The translations under genes and the position numbers were made by a program. A stretch of DNA of 32,368 nt from the NCBI GenBank assembly GCA_019057815.1, contig JAHLWR010000031.1, positions 1 through 32,368 of the forward strand, given 5' to 3'. This DNA comes from Candidatus Heimdallarchaeota archaeon. GTDB taxonomy: Archaea > Asgardarchaeota > Heimdallarchaeia > Heimdallarchaeales > Heimdallarchaeaceae. Under the pieces are notes generated by a model, which was not told where the DNA came from, searched no databases, and was given only the letters and a program-made list of their open reading frames with translations. Within the stretch, counting starts at the first letter, position 1; the number at the start of each line of letters is the position of its first letter. Positions 19,064-29,077 of the stretch are shown here, piece after piece.

Positions 19064-19308
19064 TGATAACCTGTCTACTCAGTTAAGTAATATACCATAC
19101 TAGAAGGTAGGTAGAATAACTTCTACGCGTTCTAAGTATGAAATACGCTTGTGCAACCTTTTAGGAAGATACCTCTTTAAGACAAGAAGATGCGTTATTG
19201 GAAAGTCCTACTTATGGGAATAGTTCTTACTAGAAGAAATTTAAACTATATTCTAAGAAAACACCACAAAATTAAATACTAATAAAAAAAATAAAACTTT
19301 GATTTAAT

Positions 19309-20832
19309 ATGGGTCAGAGAGAATTAGATTTTGGAGACGAGAAAAATACTAAAGAAGAAAGAAAATCAAAATTAGATCTTGATAAACTTAAACCATTTTT
19401 GTGGGGCGCAGCAGATATCTTAAGAGGAAGTATTGATTCAGCTGAATACAAACATTATATATTCGGATTATTATTTCTCAAACGATTGTCTGACCAATTT
19501 GATGAAGAAAGAAAGAATGTCAAAGGAGATTCTGAAGATCCAGATAATTATCAATTTTTTGTTTCGGAAAGAGCTAGATGGGCGTCTATTAGAAAGGTTT
19601 CAGAAGGAATAGGAAACGCAATTGACAAAGCCTTTGAAGCTCTAGAGGAGAATAATCCAATTTTGGAAGGAGTCCTAACACCCATACAATATGAAGATCC
19701 TAGAAAGTTAAATGATGAAGCTTTGAATAAACTAGTAGTTCACTTCAGTAAAGAAGGCTATAGTCTTGCTAATTCCAATCTTGCAGAACCAGATATACTT
19801 GGAAGAGCTTATGAATACTTAATTGCAGAATTTGCAGATGATGCAGGAAAGAAAGGTGGAGAATTTTACACACCAAATGGAGTGGTAAAATTACTAGTAA
19901 ATATTCTTCAACCAGAAGAAGGAATGCGAGTTTGCGATCCTGCCTGTGGTAGTGGTGGAATGTTGATAGAATGTATGCATCATCTACAAGAAAAAGGGAA
20001 AAACAAAATGAACATATCGCTTTATGGTCAAGAGAAGAATCTAAATACTTGGGCAATTGCTAAAATGAATCTTCTTTTGCATGGAATACTAGATGCAAGG
20101 ATAGAGAGAGGAGACACAATGGCTGAACCCAAGCTTCTTGAAGAAAATTCATTGATGCTATTTGATAGAGTAATTACAAATCCCATGTGGAATCAAAAAG
20201 AGTGGAGTAGAGAGTTGTTTGAAACAGGAGATCCATATGGAAGAGCAAAATATGGAGTTCCACCAAAAAGTTCTGGTGACTGGATGTGGGTTCAGCACAT
20301 GTTATCAACTCTGAAATACGATGGGAGATTGGGAGTAGTTTTGGACAATGGTGCACTTTTCAGAGGATCTAGAGAAGGAAAAATAAGACAGGGAATAATT
20401 GAAGATGATCTTATTGAAGGAGTAGTTGCATTACCTTCCAACTTATTCATGAATACTGGGTCACCAGGTTGTCTAATAATCATCAACAAACAAAAATCTG
20501 AGAAAATAAGAAATAAAATATTTTTTATCCATGCAGAAAATGAATTTGAGGAAGGAAAAGCACAGAATTTCCTAAGAGAGAAGCATATTAAGAAAATATC
20601 CGAAAAATATCATAGAAAGGAGGTTAGAGAAAAATTCTCTGATTTAATAGATATTAAAGAAATAAAAGAGAATGACTACAATCTGAATGTTTCAAGATAT
20701 GTGGATATTTTACCAGAAGAGGATCCCATTGATATAAAAAAGATATTAAAGTCATTAGCTGAAATAAAACAGGAAAGAGAAAAACTAGAAGAAGAATTTC
20801 ACAGAAATATGGTGGAATTGGGATATGAATAG
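19309..20832 (+). CDS. hsdM: Type I restriction-modification methyltransferase subunit M
   Basis: LWGAADILRG, GEFYTP, DPACGSGG, and motif IV NPMW. Confidence 0.96.
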   Translation: MGQRELDFGDEKNTKEERKSKLDLDKLKPFLWGAADILRGSIDSAEYKHYIFGLLFLKRLSDQFDEERKNVKGDSEDPDNYQFFVSERARWASIRKVSEGIGNAIDKAFEALEENNPILEGVLTPIQYEDPRKLNDEALNKLVVHFSKEGYSLANSNLAEPDILGRAYEYLIAEFADDAGKKGGEFYTPNGVVKLLVNILQPEEGMRVCDPACGSGGMLIECMHHLQEKGKNKMNISLYGQEKNLNTWAIAKMNLLLHGILDARIERGDTMAEPKLLEENSLMLFDRVITNPMWNQKEWSRELFETGDPYGRAKYGVPPKSSGDWMWVQHMLSTLKYDGRLGVVLDNGALFRGSREGKIRQGIIEDDLIEGVVALPSNLFMNTGSPGCLIIINKQKSEKIRNKIFFIHAENEFEEGKAQNFLREKHIKKISEKYHRKEVREKFSDLIDIKEIKENDYNLNVSRYVDILPEEDPIDIKKILKSLAEIKQEREKLEEEFHRNMVELGYE

Positions 20833-22081
20833 AGTAGGAATAGAAACCCCAAAAAATTGGAATTTACAAAAACTTGAAGATATCTGTAATTCTATTAGAG
20901 ATGGAACACATACACCGCCACCTAGAACTCAGACGGGGTTACCTATGTTAAGTGCAAGAAACATCTATGATGGTAGGATTAATTGGGATAAAGGTTTTTC
21001 TTTTATTTCAAAAAGAGATTTTGAAAAAATAGAAAGAACAAATCCAATCAAAGAGAATGATGTATTATTGACGATTGTTGGTACATTAGGTAAATGCTGT
21101 GTTGTTAAAGAAAAAACTAATTTCACAGTACAACGGAGTGTTGCAATATTTAGACCAAATAAGAATATGGTCATATCTGAATATTTGCATTATTATTTTA
21201 GTGCACAAAAATTTCAAAATTTGTTAATTAGGTTTGCCAATACTACTGCACAATCAGGAATATATTTGGGTATTTTAAAAAGAATGTTGATTAGTATTCC
21301 ACCAGTAGTTGAACAACAAGCTATTTCTTCTGTTCTCTCTAATGTTGACGACATCATCCACCAAACTAAGCAACTCATTGACAACTTGAAACTCTTGAAG
21401 AGAGGACTGATGCAACAACTCTTTACGCAAGGGATAGGACATACAGAGTTTAAAGAAACAAAGATAGGAAGGATACCAGAAGAATGGGAAATTAATAGAA
21501 TTGGAAGAATAAGTGAGGTGAGAAGAGGAGCTTCTCCACGCCCAATTAGAGACCCAAAATATTTTGCAGAAAAAGGTCGAGGATGGATAAGAATTAGTGA
21601 TGTTACAGCGTCCTTCAAATATCTTACTAGAACAACCCAATATTTGTCTGATTTAGGTGTTTCAAAAAGTGTAATAGTTAATCCTGGTGATTTAATAATG
21701 AGTATTTGTGCAACTATTGGAAAACCAATTATTCTCGATATGAAAGCCTGTATTCATGATGGTTTTGTACTGTTTAAGAATGTTAAACCAGAAGTTAAAT
21801 TAGAATTTCTCTTTTATCTACTTCAGAATTGGGAAAATAAATTTAAAGATATGAAACAAATGGGTACTCAAGGGAATCTAAACACATCTATTGTAAAGAA
21901 TTTTAGAATTCCAGTCCCATCATTGCAAGAACAGAAGAAAATTTCTCTTGTCTTATCAAACATAGATAGTAATCTGAAGAATGAAAGTGATAAGCTAAAG
22001 CAAACAAAACAAGCAAAAAAAGCTCTCATGCAAGATCTTCTCACTGGGAAGATAAAAGCCCCAATAGCTCAAACAAATTAG
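20825..22081 (+). CDS. hsdS: Type I R-M specificity subunit S (copy 1)
   Basis: Two target-recognition domains (TRDs), PP..EQ conserved regions, and LMQDLLTGK. Confidence 0.95.
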   Translation: MNRVGIETPKNWNLQKLEDICNSIRDGTHTPPPRTQTGLPMLSARNIYDGRINWDKGFSFISKRDFEKIERTNPIKENDVLLTIVGTLGKCCVVKEKTNFTVQRSVAIFRPNKNMVISEYLHYYFSAQKFQNLLIRFANTTAQSGIYLGILKRMLISIPPVVEQQAISSVLSNVDDIIHQTKQLIDNLKLLKRGLMQQLFTQGIGHTEFKETKIGRIPEEWEINRIGRISEVRRGASPRPIRDPKYFAEKGRGWIRISDVTASFKYLTRTTQYLSDLGVSKSVIVNPGDLIMSICATIGKPIILDMKACIHDGFVLFKNVKPEVKLEFLFYLLQNWENKFKDMKQMGTQGNLNTSIVKNFRIPVPSLQEQKKISLVLSNIDSNLKNESDKLKQTKQAKKALMQDLLTGKIKAPIAQTN

Positions 22082-22769
22082 GAGAAGAAAAATGAAAGCT
22101 GAGCAAATGGTAATTCCTGAAAACTGGAGAGAGGTGTCTCTCCTCGAAGTTGTTCAATCAGAAAAGCAAAAAATCGTAGGAGGACCTTTTGGTTCAAATC
22201 TCAAAGTTTCTGATTATCAAGAAGAAGGAGTACCAATTGTGAGGCTACAGAATGTCGAGATTTCCAAATTCAAAAATACCGACATCAAATTTATATCCAA
22301 AGATAAAGCAAAGGAATTAGCATATCATAATTTCAAAAAAGGCGATATAATTCTTGCTAAGCTTGGTAATCCTATTGGGAAAACATGTATAGTTCCTGAC
22401 TACTTGGATCACGGTATTTTGACAGCAGATGTTGTTAGAATTAGGGTAGATGGTGAAGAAATAGATAGAGATTTCTTACTATATGTACTTAACTCATACT
22501 ATGTAAATAAACAACTTAAAATTGGAACAATTGGGTCTACAAGACCTAGGGTTAATCTAGAAGATGTTAGAAACTTGAAGGTTCTTATTCCCCCCTTAAG
22601 AGAACAGCAAGCTATTTCTTCTGTTCTCTCTAATGTTGACAAAATCATCCACTCCACTCAACAACTCATCGACTACTTACAACTCTTAAGGAAAGGATTG
22701 ATGCAGCAGCTCTTTACGCAAGGGATAGAACATACAGAATTCAAAGAAACAAAGATAGGAAGGATACCA
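21317..22769 (+). repeat. About 160-bp direct repeat shared by the central conserved regions of the two hsdS genes
   Basis: 33 bp identical at 21317-21349 and 22608-22640, and 27 bp identical at 21452-21478 and 22743-22769. Both offsets are 1291 bp. Confidence 0.9.
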
Positions 22770-23384
22770 AAAGGATGGCAGTTGGTGAAACTTGAAGAAT
22801 TGCTTGAAGTAAGGAGTGGTAAAAGACTTCCCAAAGGTGAAAAATTCTCTGATGTGCAAACTAGTTTTCCATATATACGAGTTTTAGATTTCAAGGATGG
22901 AACAATAAATCCGAACAATTTAGAATATTTGACTCCTCAACACAAGAAAATTTTAAATAAATATACAATTTCATCTGAGGATGTTTATATCTCGATTGCA
23001 GGCTCAATAGGAATTGTTGGATTGGTTCCAGATGAACTTAATAATGCAAACCTTACAGAAAATGCAGCCAGTCTGTTTATAAAAGAGAAGAAAAAACTGA
23101 CAAAGGAATTTCTGTACTACTATCTTGATTCCAATATTGGACAAAAAGAGATCAGATTAAGAACAACTATTACTACACTACCGAAATTAGCATTTAAAAG
23201 AATAGAAAAGATTCCGATTATTCTGCCATCAATCTACGAACAAAATCAAATAACTTCTTGCTTTATTGGAATAGATCAAATTAGGGAAGAAGAAATTAAT
23301 AATCTTACCGAATTAAAGAAAATAAGGAATGGACTAATGCAAGATCTTCTAACAGGGAAGAAGAGAGTTTCTCTTAGAACTTAG
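22092..23384 (+). CDS. hsdS: Type I R-M specificity subunit S (copy 2)
   Basis: Two different TRDs (GGPFGS-type and GKRLP-type), PPLREQ, and LMQDLLTGK. Confidence 0.95.
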   Translation: MKAEQMVIPENWREVSLLEVVQSEKQKIVGGPFGSNLKVSDYQEEGVPIVRLQNVEISKFKNTDIKFISKDKAKELAYHNFKKGDIILAKLGNPIGKTCIVPDYLDHGILTADVVRIRVDGEEIDRDFLLYVLNSYYVNKQLKIGTIGSTRPRVNLEDVRNLKVLIPPLREQQAISSVLSNVDKIIHSTQQLIDYLQLLRKGLMQQLFTQGIEHTEFKETKIGRIPKGWQLVKLEELLEVRSGKRLPKGEKFSDVQTSFPYIRVLDFKDGTINPNNLEYLTPQHKKILNKYTISSEDVYISIAGSIGIVGLVPDELNNANLTENAASLFIKEKKKLTKEFLYYYLDSNIGQKEIRLRTTITTLPKLAFKRIEKIPIILPSIYEQNQITSCFIGIDQIREEEINNLTELKKIRNGLMQDLLTGKKRVSLRT

Positions 23385-23480
23385 CTTGACTTCACATATG
23401 TAAATACAACAACTTAAATATCCTATAATCAATTGAAGGAAGATAAATACAAATACAACCAATCTTTGAAGGATTAGTAT

Positions 23481-26400
23481 TTGGTCTTAGGTTGTGGTGT
23501 TGTGGATTTAATTAACTGGAATGAATGGTACAATTCCGAAAAACCTGCTATTGACTTGTTAAAAGAACTTGGTTATACTAACAAGAAGAAAGAAGATCTT
23601 TTAGATTTATCTAACAATGCTGAAAGATCTTCTCTTCGTCAAGTTCTTCTCCTCAAGACCCTTATAAATAAAATTAAGGAGTTCAATCCTTGGATTTCTG
23701 ATTCTAACATTAAGAAAGTCATTCGTGATTTGACAATTGTTCTTTCATCTAGTGAAATCGAAACTAATGAGCAAATTTGGAGATATCTAACCAAGAAAGG
23801 AGAACTTTATGTTGATCAGGATCTTTGTGATGGTAGAGGAAGACGTAAACATTGGGTTAAGCTCATCGAATGGGATAATGCTAATGCTAACGACTTTTTA
23901 GTTACTAATCAATTCAAAGTTAATGCTCCGAAAGGAAATAAGATTCCGGATATTGTTTGTTTTATTAATGGTATTCCTTTAGTCGTTATTGAATGCAAAA
24001 GCCCCACAATCACCAATCCTCTCCAGCAAGCTATACACCAAATCAATGTTTATCAAGAAGTAATTCCAAAACTCTTTCATTTTAATCAGCTCATTATAGT
24101 TACTAGTGGTCAATCTGCTAGATACGGGGTTATTGGAAACTCTTACGAACACTTCAAAGAATGGAAAGAACCTTATCCGATTAATCTTCAACAATTAGAG
24201 TATATTATAAGTAAAACTAATCGAAAATCCTCTGAACCTACTCCTCAAGACATTCTTATTTATAGTTTGTTAGAGAAAAACAACCTCTTAGATATTCTTC
24301 GAAACTTCATCATTTATGAGCGTTATCAAGGTAGAATCGTTAAGAAGGTTGCTCGTTATCAGCAATTTCGAGCTGTTAATAAAACAGTTAAGCGCATTCT
24401 TTCAGAGAAGGCTGTTAAGAGAGGAGGTACCATTTGGCACACTCAAGGATCTGGAAAATCAATAACTATGCTCTTTACTGCAATCAAACTTCGACGAGAA
24501 ACAAGACTCAAGAACCCTCTCATAGCATTTGTTACCGATAGAGTAGACCTAGTAGAACAGCTAAATGGTACATTTGAAAACTGTGGTTTTACTAATCCTG
24601 AAAAGGCAAAGAACACTGAAGATTTGAAAGTTTGGATCAAAACTGGTCAAGGTGTGACAGTTTTCACAACTATCCAGAAATTCCGAACTAAAGATGCTGA
24701 TACTAGAACAGGTATTTCTCGTAGTGGGATGAAATATCCAGAACTTAATACAGATGAAAATATCTTTGTTCTTGTTGATGAAGCTCATCGTTCTCAAAAC
24801 AAGATTTTTGCAATGAATATGCGAATAGCAATACCTAATGCCTGTTATATTGCTTATACAGGTACTCCTTTAGCAAAAAATGAGAAAAATAAAACTATTA
24901 CAGTTGGTAAAGGTAAGACTGTACGAAAGTTTGGTTCTTTCATAGATGTTTATAATATTCGTCAATCTGTAGAAGATGAATCAACTGTTCCTATTTTGTA
25001 TGAAAACAGACTACCAGAATTACAAGTTGTTGGGGGATCAATTGATGAAATCTTTAATAGGGTTTTCCATGACAAAAAGCCTGAGGAAAAAGAATTAATC
25101 AAAAAGAAATATGCAACACAAAAAGCCATTTTAGCTGCTCCTGAAAGGACTAAACAGATTGCTTTAGATTTAGTTAAACATTACGAAGAAAGAATCAAAC
25201 CTAATAATTTCAAAGCTCAAATTGTTGTCAATAGCAGAGAATTAGCTGTTATCTATAAGAAGTATTTTGAACAATTTAATGGTCCAGAATCTGTTGTTAT
25301 AATCTCAGCAAATGTTCGTTTTGATCAAGAACTCAAGAGACATGGAGTAGGTTTTGTAACTAATAAAACTGACCAAAGAACCTACATTGATAGATTCAAA
25401 GATCCCGAAGACCCTCTTAGTTTTCTCATTGTATGCGATATGCTCATAACAGGTTTTGATGCTCCAGTTGAACAGGTTATGTATCTTGACAAACCTCTTA
25501 CTGAACACACCCTCCTTCAAGCTATTGCTAGAGTGAATAGAACTTATGAAAACAAAACTCATGGCCTTATTGTTGATTACTGTGGTATATCTCAAAACCT
25601 TGAAGATGCTCTCAAAATCTTTGATGAGCCAGATATAGATGGTATATGGCAATCAGTTGACACTGAGATACCCAGGTTAGAACAATTCCATAAGAAAGTG
25701 ATGGCTTACTTTGAGGGAGTTGACCTTTCTGATTTAGAAGCTTGTGTTTTAGTTTTAGAACCTGAAGATGTGAGGTCCAGTTTTCGTTATGATTTCATTA
25801 AATTCAGTCAAAGCCTAGATATTATTCTTCCTGATTCCAGAGCCCATCCTTTTCTCTATGATCTGAGAGTACTTGGTCTAATTAGCAAAGCTGCACGAAA
25901 TCGCTTTAGAGATGAACAACTGGACATTGTTGGTTGTGGAGCCAAAGTCAAGGATATCATCGACAACCATATTCGTGTGACAGATGTTAGACAACTTGTT
26001 GAACCTCTTCCTATTTTATCTCCCAAATTTGATGAATATGTAAGTAGTCTTAAATCGGACAAAGCAGTAGCAAGCGAGATTGAACATGCGATTCGATATG
26101 AGATTACAATTAAAATACAAGAAGACGAAGTATTCTATACTAGCCTTCAAAAAAGACTAGAGGAGATAGTAGAAGTCTATACTCAAGGACGAATTGTTCT
26201 TGCTGAACAAATTAAACGTTTGAAAGCTTTAGTTGTTGATTTAAGAAAAAGACCAGATATTGCTAAGAATTTAGGTTTAAATATTGCAGAACTTGCTTTT
26301 TTCAACTTGTATAAAGAGATAATGAAAGGATCTGGTGTTGAAGATGATGAAAAAGAACTTATTGAATTTACTTACGAGATTTTAGAAAGCATTGAGCCCT

Positions 26401-26573
26401 ATATTTCAATTGTTGATTGGAACCAGAAACCAGATACAATCAGACAAATAAGAAAAGCGTGTAAAGAAAAATTCATTGAACTCCAAGATATTTATCCAAT
26501 TGATGAAGAAGAATATAATCAACTAGCTCGACAAATAGTAGATTTAGCTAAAGTACACTTTGTTGCTAGTTAA
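23481..26573 (+). CDS. hsdR: Type I restriction endonuclease subunit R
   Basis: PD..ECK nuclease motif, WHTQGSGKS, DEAHRS, LITGFDAP and QAIARVNR. Confidence 0.96.
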   Translation: MVLGCGVVDLINWNEWYNSEKPAIDLLKELGYTNKKKEDLLDLSNNAERSSLRQVLLLKTLINKIKEFNPWISDSNIKKVIRDLTIVLSSSEIETNEQIWRYLTKKGELYVDQDLCDGRGRRKHWVKLIEWDNANANDFLVTNQFKVNAPKGNKIPDIVCFINGIPLVVIECKSPTITNPLQQAIHQINVYQEVIPKLFHFNQLIIVTSGQSARYGVIGNSYEHFKEWKEPYPINLQQLEYIISKTNRKSSEPTPQDILIYSLLEKNNLLDILRNFIIYERYQGRIVKKVARYQQFRAVNKTVKRILSEKAVKRGGTIWHTQGSGKSITMLFTAIKLRRETRLKNPLIAFVTDRVDLVEQLNGTFENCGFTNPEKAKNTEDLKVWIKTGQGVTVFTTIQKFRTKDADTRTGISRSGMKYPELNTDENIFVLVDEAHRSQNKIFAMNMRIAIPNACYIAYTGTPLAKNEKNKTITVGKGKTVRKFGSFIDVYNIRQSVEDESTVPILYENRLPELQVVGGSIDEIFNRVFHDKKPEEKELIKKKYATQKAILAAPERTKQIALDLVKHYEERIKPNNFKAQIVVNSRELAVIYKKYFEQFNGPESVVIISANVRFDQELKRHGVGFVTNKTDQRTYIDRFKDPEDPLSFLIVCDMLITGFDAPVEQVMYLDKPLTEHTLLQAIARVNRTYENKTHGLIVDYCGISQNLEDALKIFDEPDIDGIWQSVDTEIPRLEQFHKKVMAYFEGVDLSDLEACVLVLEPEDVRSSFRYDFIKFSQSLDIILPDSRAHPFLYDLRVLGLISKAARNRFRDEQLDIVGCGAKVKDIIDNHIRVTDVRQLVEPLPILSPKFDEYVSSLKSDKAVASEIEHAIRYEITIKIQEDEVFYTSLQKRLEEIVEVYTQGRIVLAEQIKRLKALVVDLRKRPDIAKNLGLNIAELAFFNLYKEIMKGSGVEDDEKELIEFTYEILESIEPYISIVDWNQKPDTIRQIRKACKEKFIELQDIYPIDEEEYNQLARQIVDLAKVHFVAS

Positions 26574-26610
26574 TATATGAAACTGTCTATATATTATTTA
26601 GAGGTACATC

Positions 26611-27357
26611 ATGAGCAAAACTACCCCAGAAATCAGTTTTGGTAACATAAGCTTTACTTACTCTATAATTAGAACTGATAGAAAAACAATGGCTATTATA
26701 GTTGAGCCTGATGGCACCATCATTGTAAGAGCTCCTCATGATTTATTTGAAGAAACTATAAAAGAAAAAGTGAAAAAGAAAAGGAAATGGGTTGCTGAAA
26801 AGCTAACTAAAACTGATGAGATTATTAAACCAGTTCCCAAGAAAAGAGAGTTAGTTAGTGGAGAGAAGATTAAATTAAAGGACAAACTAATCAGGTTGAA
26901 AATTCACAAGTATGATAAAAAAAGAACAGTAGTAGAACTTGAAAAAAATATACTTCACATTTATATTAACAAGAATTTAAACGAATTAGAAAGGAAAAAA
27001 GGATTAAAGAAAGCTATTTTGAAATGGTATAAAGAACAGGCTAAGGATATCATTTCTGAAAGAGTTGAAAAATACTCAAAATCCTTTGATACAAAACCAA
27101 ATGGTATTATTATTAGAAGTCAACAACTTAGATGGGGTAGTTGTACGAAGGATAATTTACTAAATTTTAATTGGAGAATAGTAATGGCACCTGTTTCAGC
27201 AATAGATTACGTTGTTGTTCATGAATTGTGTCATCTTAAAGAACTTCTTCATTCTATTGAGTTCTGGAATTTGATTGAGGGACATTTTCCTGAATACAAA
27301 AAATGGAAAGAATGGTTAAGGATAAATGGACTTACACTTGATTTGCGAATTGAATAA
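26611..27357 (+). CDS. M48/YgjP (DUF45)-like zinc-dependent hydrolase associated with type I R-M
   Basis: RWGSC, YVVVHELCH and H..EFW. Typical position after hsdR. Confidence 0.92.
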   Translation: MSKTTPEISFGNISFTYSIIRTDRKTMAIIVEPDGTIIVRAPHDLFEETIKEKVKKKRKWVAEKLTKTDEIIKPVPKKRELVSGEKIKLKDKLIRLKIHKYDKKRTVVELEKNILHIYINKNLNELERKKGLKKAILKWYKEQAKDIISERVEKYSKSFDTKPNGIIIRSQQLRWGSCTKDNLLNFNWRIVMAPVSAIDYVVVHELCHLKELLHSIEFWNLIEGHFPEYKKWKEWLRINGLTLDLRIE

Positions 27358-27424
27358 AAAGATAAATTAATCTTTTTTCAAGAAAGTTATTTAAGGAGTT
27401 TTTAATCTATTAGTCAAGAAGTAG

Positions 27425-28303
27425 ATGGATACTGAAATTACTATGGAAAGAGAAAAACAATCTAAGGAAATAATTGAAGAAAGGATAAAGATTCTTAATA
27501 CTGCTCTAAGACTATTAAAAAAATTAAAGAAAGATGGTTTATTTGAAAATGAAATTGCGAAATTTCTAGAAATAACTCAAACAATTGCTCTTATATTAAA
27601 AGACAAAAAAATAGGATCTGGAGACTTCAAACCACCATTTTCTCCTAATGTTTCATCAAGTTATCAGAGAATGGATTTTTTTGCTAATTTTGATTATTTG
27701 CTTAGAACATTTACGGAGAGAGAAGAAGGAAGTTTGTTTGTTAACCAATGTATTTCTGCAATACATGCGGGTATACAATCTTACAATGAAGATTTAGTTA
27801 ACATTCAACGCAGTTTAACTAAAGAAACAGTTACAGAACAAGTACTATTAAATGAAACTGAACCAGAAAATACAGCAAATTATCTTAATAAACTTGAAAT
27901 TCTTTTAGTTAGTATGATATATAATCAGATTATGCTGAATCCAGATCTCTATAAATCAGAATCTCGTCATATTCCTGAACAAAGAAAAAAAGCTGTAAAA
28001 CAGAGGGATAAATTTCATTGTCAAATTTGCAATGAAAAATTTAAAGAAGAAGATTTAGAGGTTGATTACATATATCCTTATGGTTTAGGTGGATCTAATT
28101 TTCCAGCTAACTTAATGGCTTTATGTAAAGAATGTAATCAAAATAAAGGCGTAAGATTGGAGTATATTAAATCCAATGAAGGACGAGAGAAGATTCTGCT
28201 AAATATTCAAGAATTCGTAAGGAATTTACCAATTACATCTAACTTTGCTAAGTGGATAGAAGAAATGAGTAAGTACAGAAAAAAGGATGGAAAGGTCAAG
28301 TAG
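27425..28303 (+). CDS. HNH-domain protein with helical N-terminus; catalytic His replaced by Tyr
   Basis: RDKFHCQIC...EVDYIYPYGLGGSN..NLMALCKECNQNK. Confidence 0.85.
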   Translation: MDTEITMEREKQSKEIIEERIKILNTALRLLKKLKKDGLFENEIAKFLEITQTIALILKDKKIGSGDFKPPFSPNVSSSYQRMDFFANFDYLLRTFTEREEGSLFVNQCISAIHAGIQSYNEDLVNIQRSLTKETVTEQVLLNETEPENTANYLNKLEILLVSMIYNQIMLNPDLYKSESRHIPEQRKKAVKQRDKFHCQICNEKFKEEDLEVDYIYPYGLGGSNFPANLMALCKECNQNKGVRLEYIKSNEGREKILLNIQEFVRNLPITSNFAKWIEEMSKYRKKDGKVK

Positions 28304-28514
28304 TTTCTAGGTTAAAATTCTTATAGGAATTTCTAAGGATTTTAATATATACTAAGTTTTGTTTAGAACACAAAATTCAATTGAATTGGCTTATTTCTAT
28401 ATTTCATTAGTTAATCTCTATATTGCATTAGCTAGTTTTTAATGATAGGAGCTTTCAGGTATATTTTTATAAATTTCTTGATTATCATTAAAGGAACATA
28501 AAACTTAAAGGAAG

Positions 28515-29063
28515 TTGATATTTATGAAATTGGATTTTGCTAAAGAAACTTATAGTAGTGTAAAAAAATTCATAACTCTAGCGGATAATAAAGCGAATAT
28601 TACAATCACGATTCAGAGCCTATTAGTCAGTATTGGGCTTGGTGCTTCCTTATTGGCAAACACAATTCAAAATTTGAAAATACTAGATCAAATGATAGTG
28701 ACAGTTCTATTTATTCTGATTGTTTCAACATTTATTATTTTATCATTTGTCGGAATAGGCTTTTCAATTAGTGTTTATTTTGCAAAGTTGGACAAATCAA
28801 AATTTAATGACACAGATATAAATGGGTCAGTATATTTTGGTGATATAGCTAAAGAGGAAAATTCAGAAGAGTATTATAAGAAAATAAATAACCTTAATGA
28901 GGATACAATAATTAAAAATTATACTGAACAGATCTACATATTGTCTACGATTACGTCAAAAAAAATGAAAAATGCAAATAGATCAATTTTCCTAACTGGG
29001 ATAAATCTAATCTTAACCGTTCTTTTGTTAATCATTAGTGGAGTAATAAACTTCATTGTATAA
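28515..29063 (+). CDS. Pycsar-type transmembrane effector (PycTM/DUF5706-like)
   Basis: ADNKA motif, TM helices, SVYFGDIA and QIYILS.ITSKK. Adjacent to a cyclase gene. Likely start ATG at 28524. Confidence 0.85.
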   Translation: MIFMKLDFAKETYSSVKKFITLADNKANITITIQSLLVSIGLGASLLANTIQNLKILDQMIVTVLFILIVSTFIILSFVGIGFSISVYFAKLDKSKFNDTDINGSVYFGDIAKEENSEEYYKKINNLNEDTIIKNYTEQIYILSTITSKKMKNANRSIFLTGINLILTVLLLIISGVINFIV

Positions 29064-29077
29064 GAGGAATGTGAAAA

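Noticed and set aside
19064-19308. Intergenic region before hsdM as a possible ncRNA or att site
   Set aside because: Only weak, short inverted repeats and no matching partner repeat seen.
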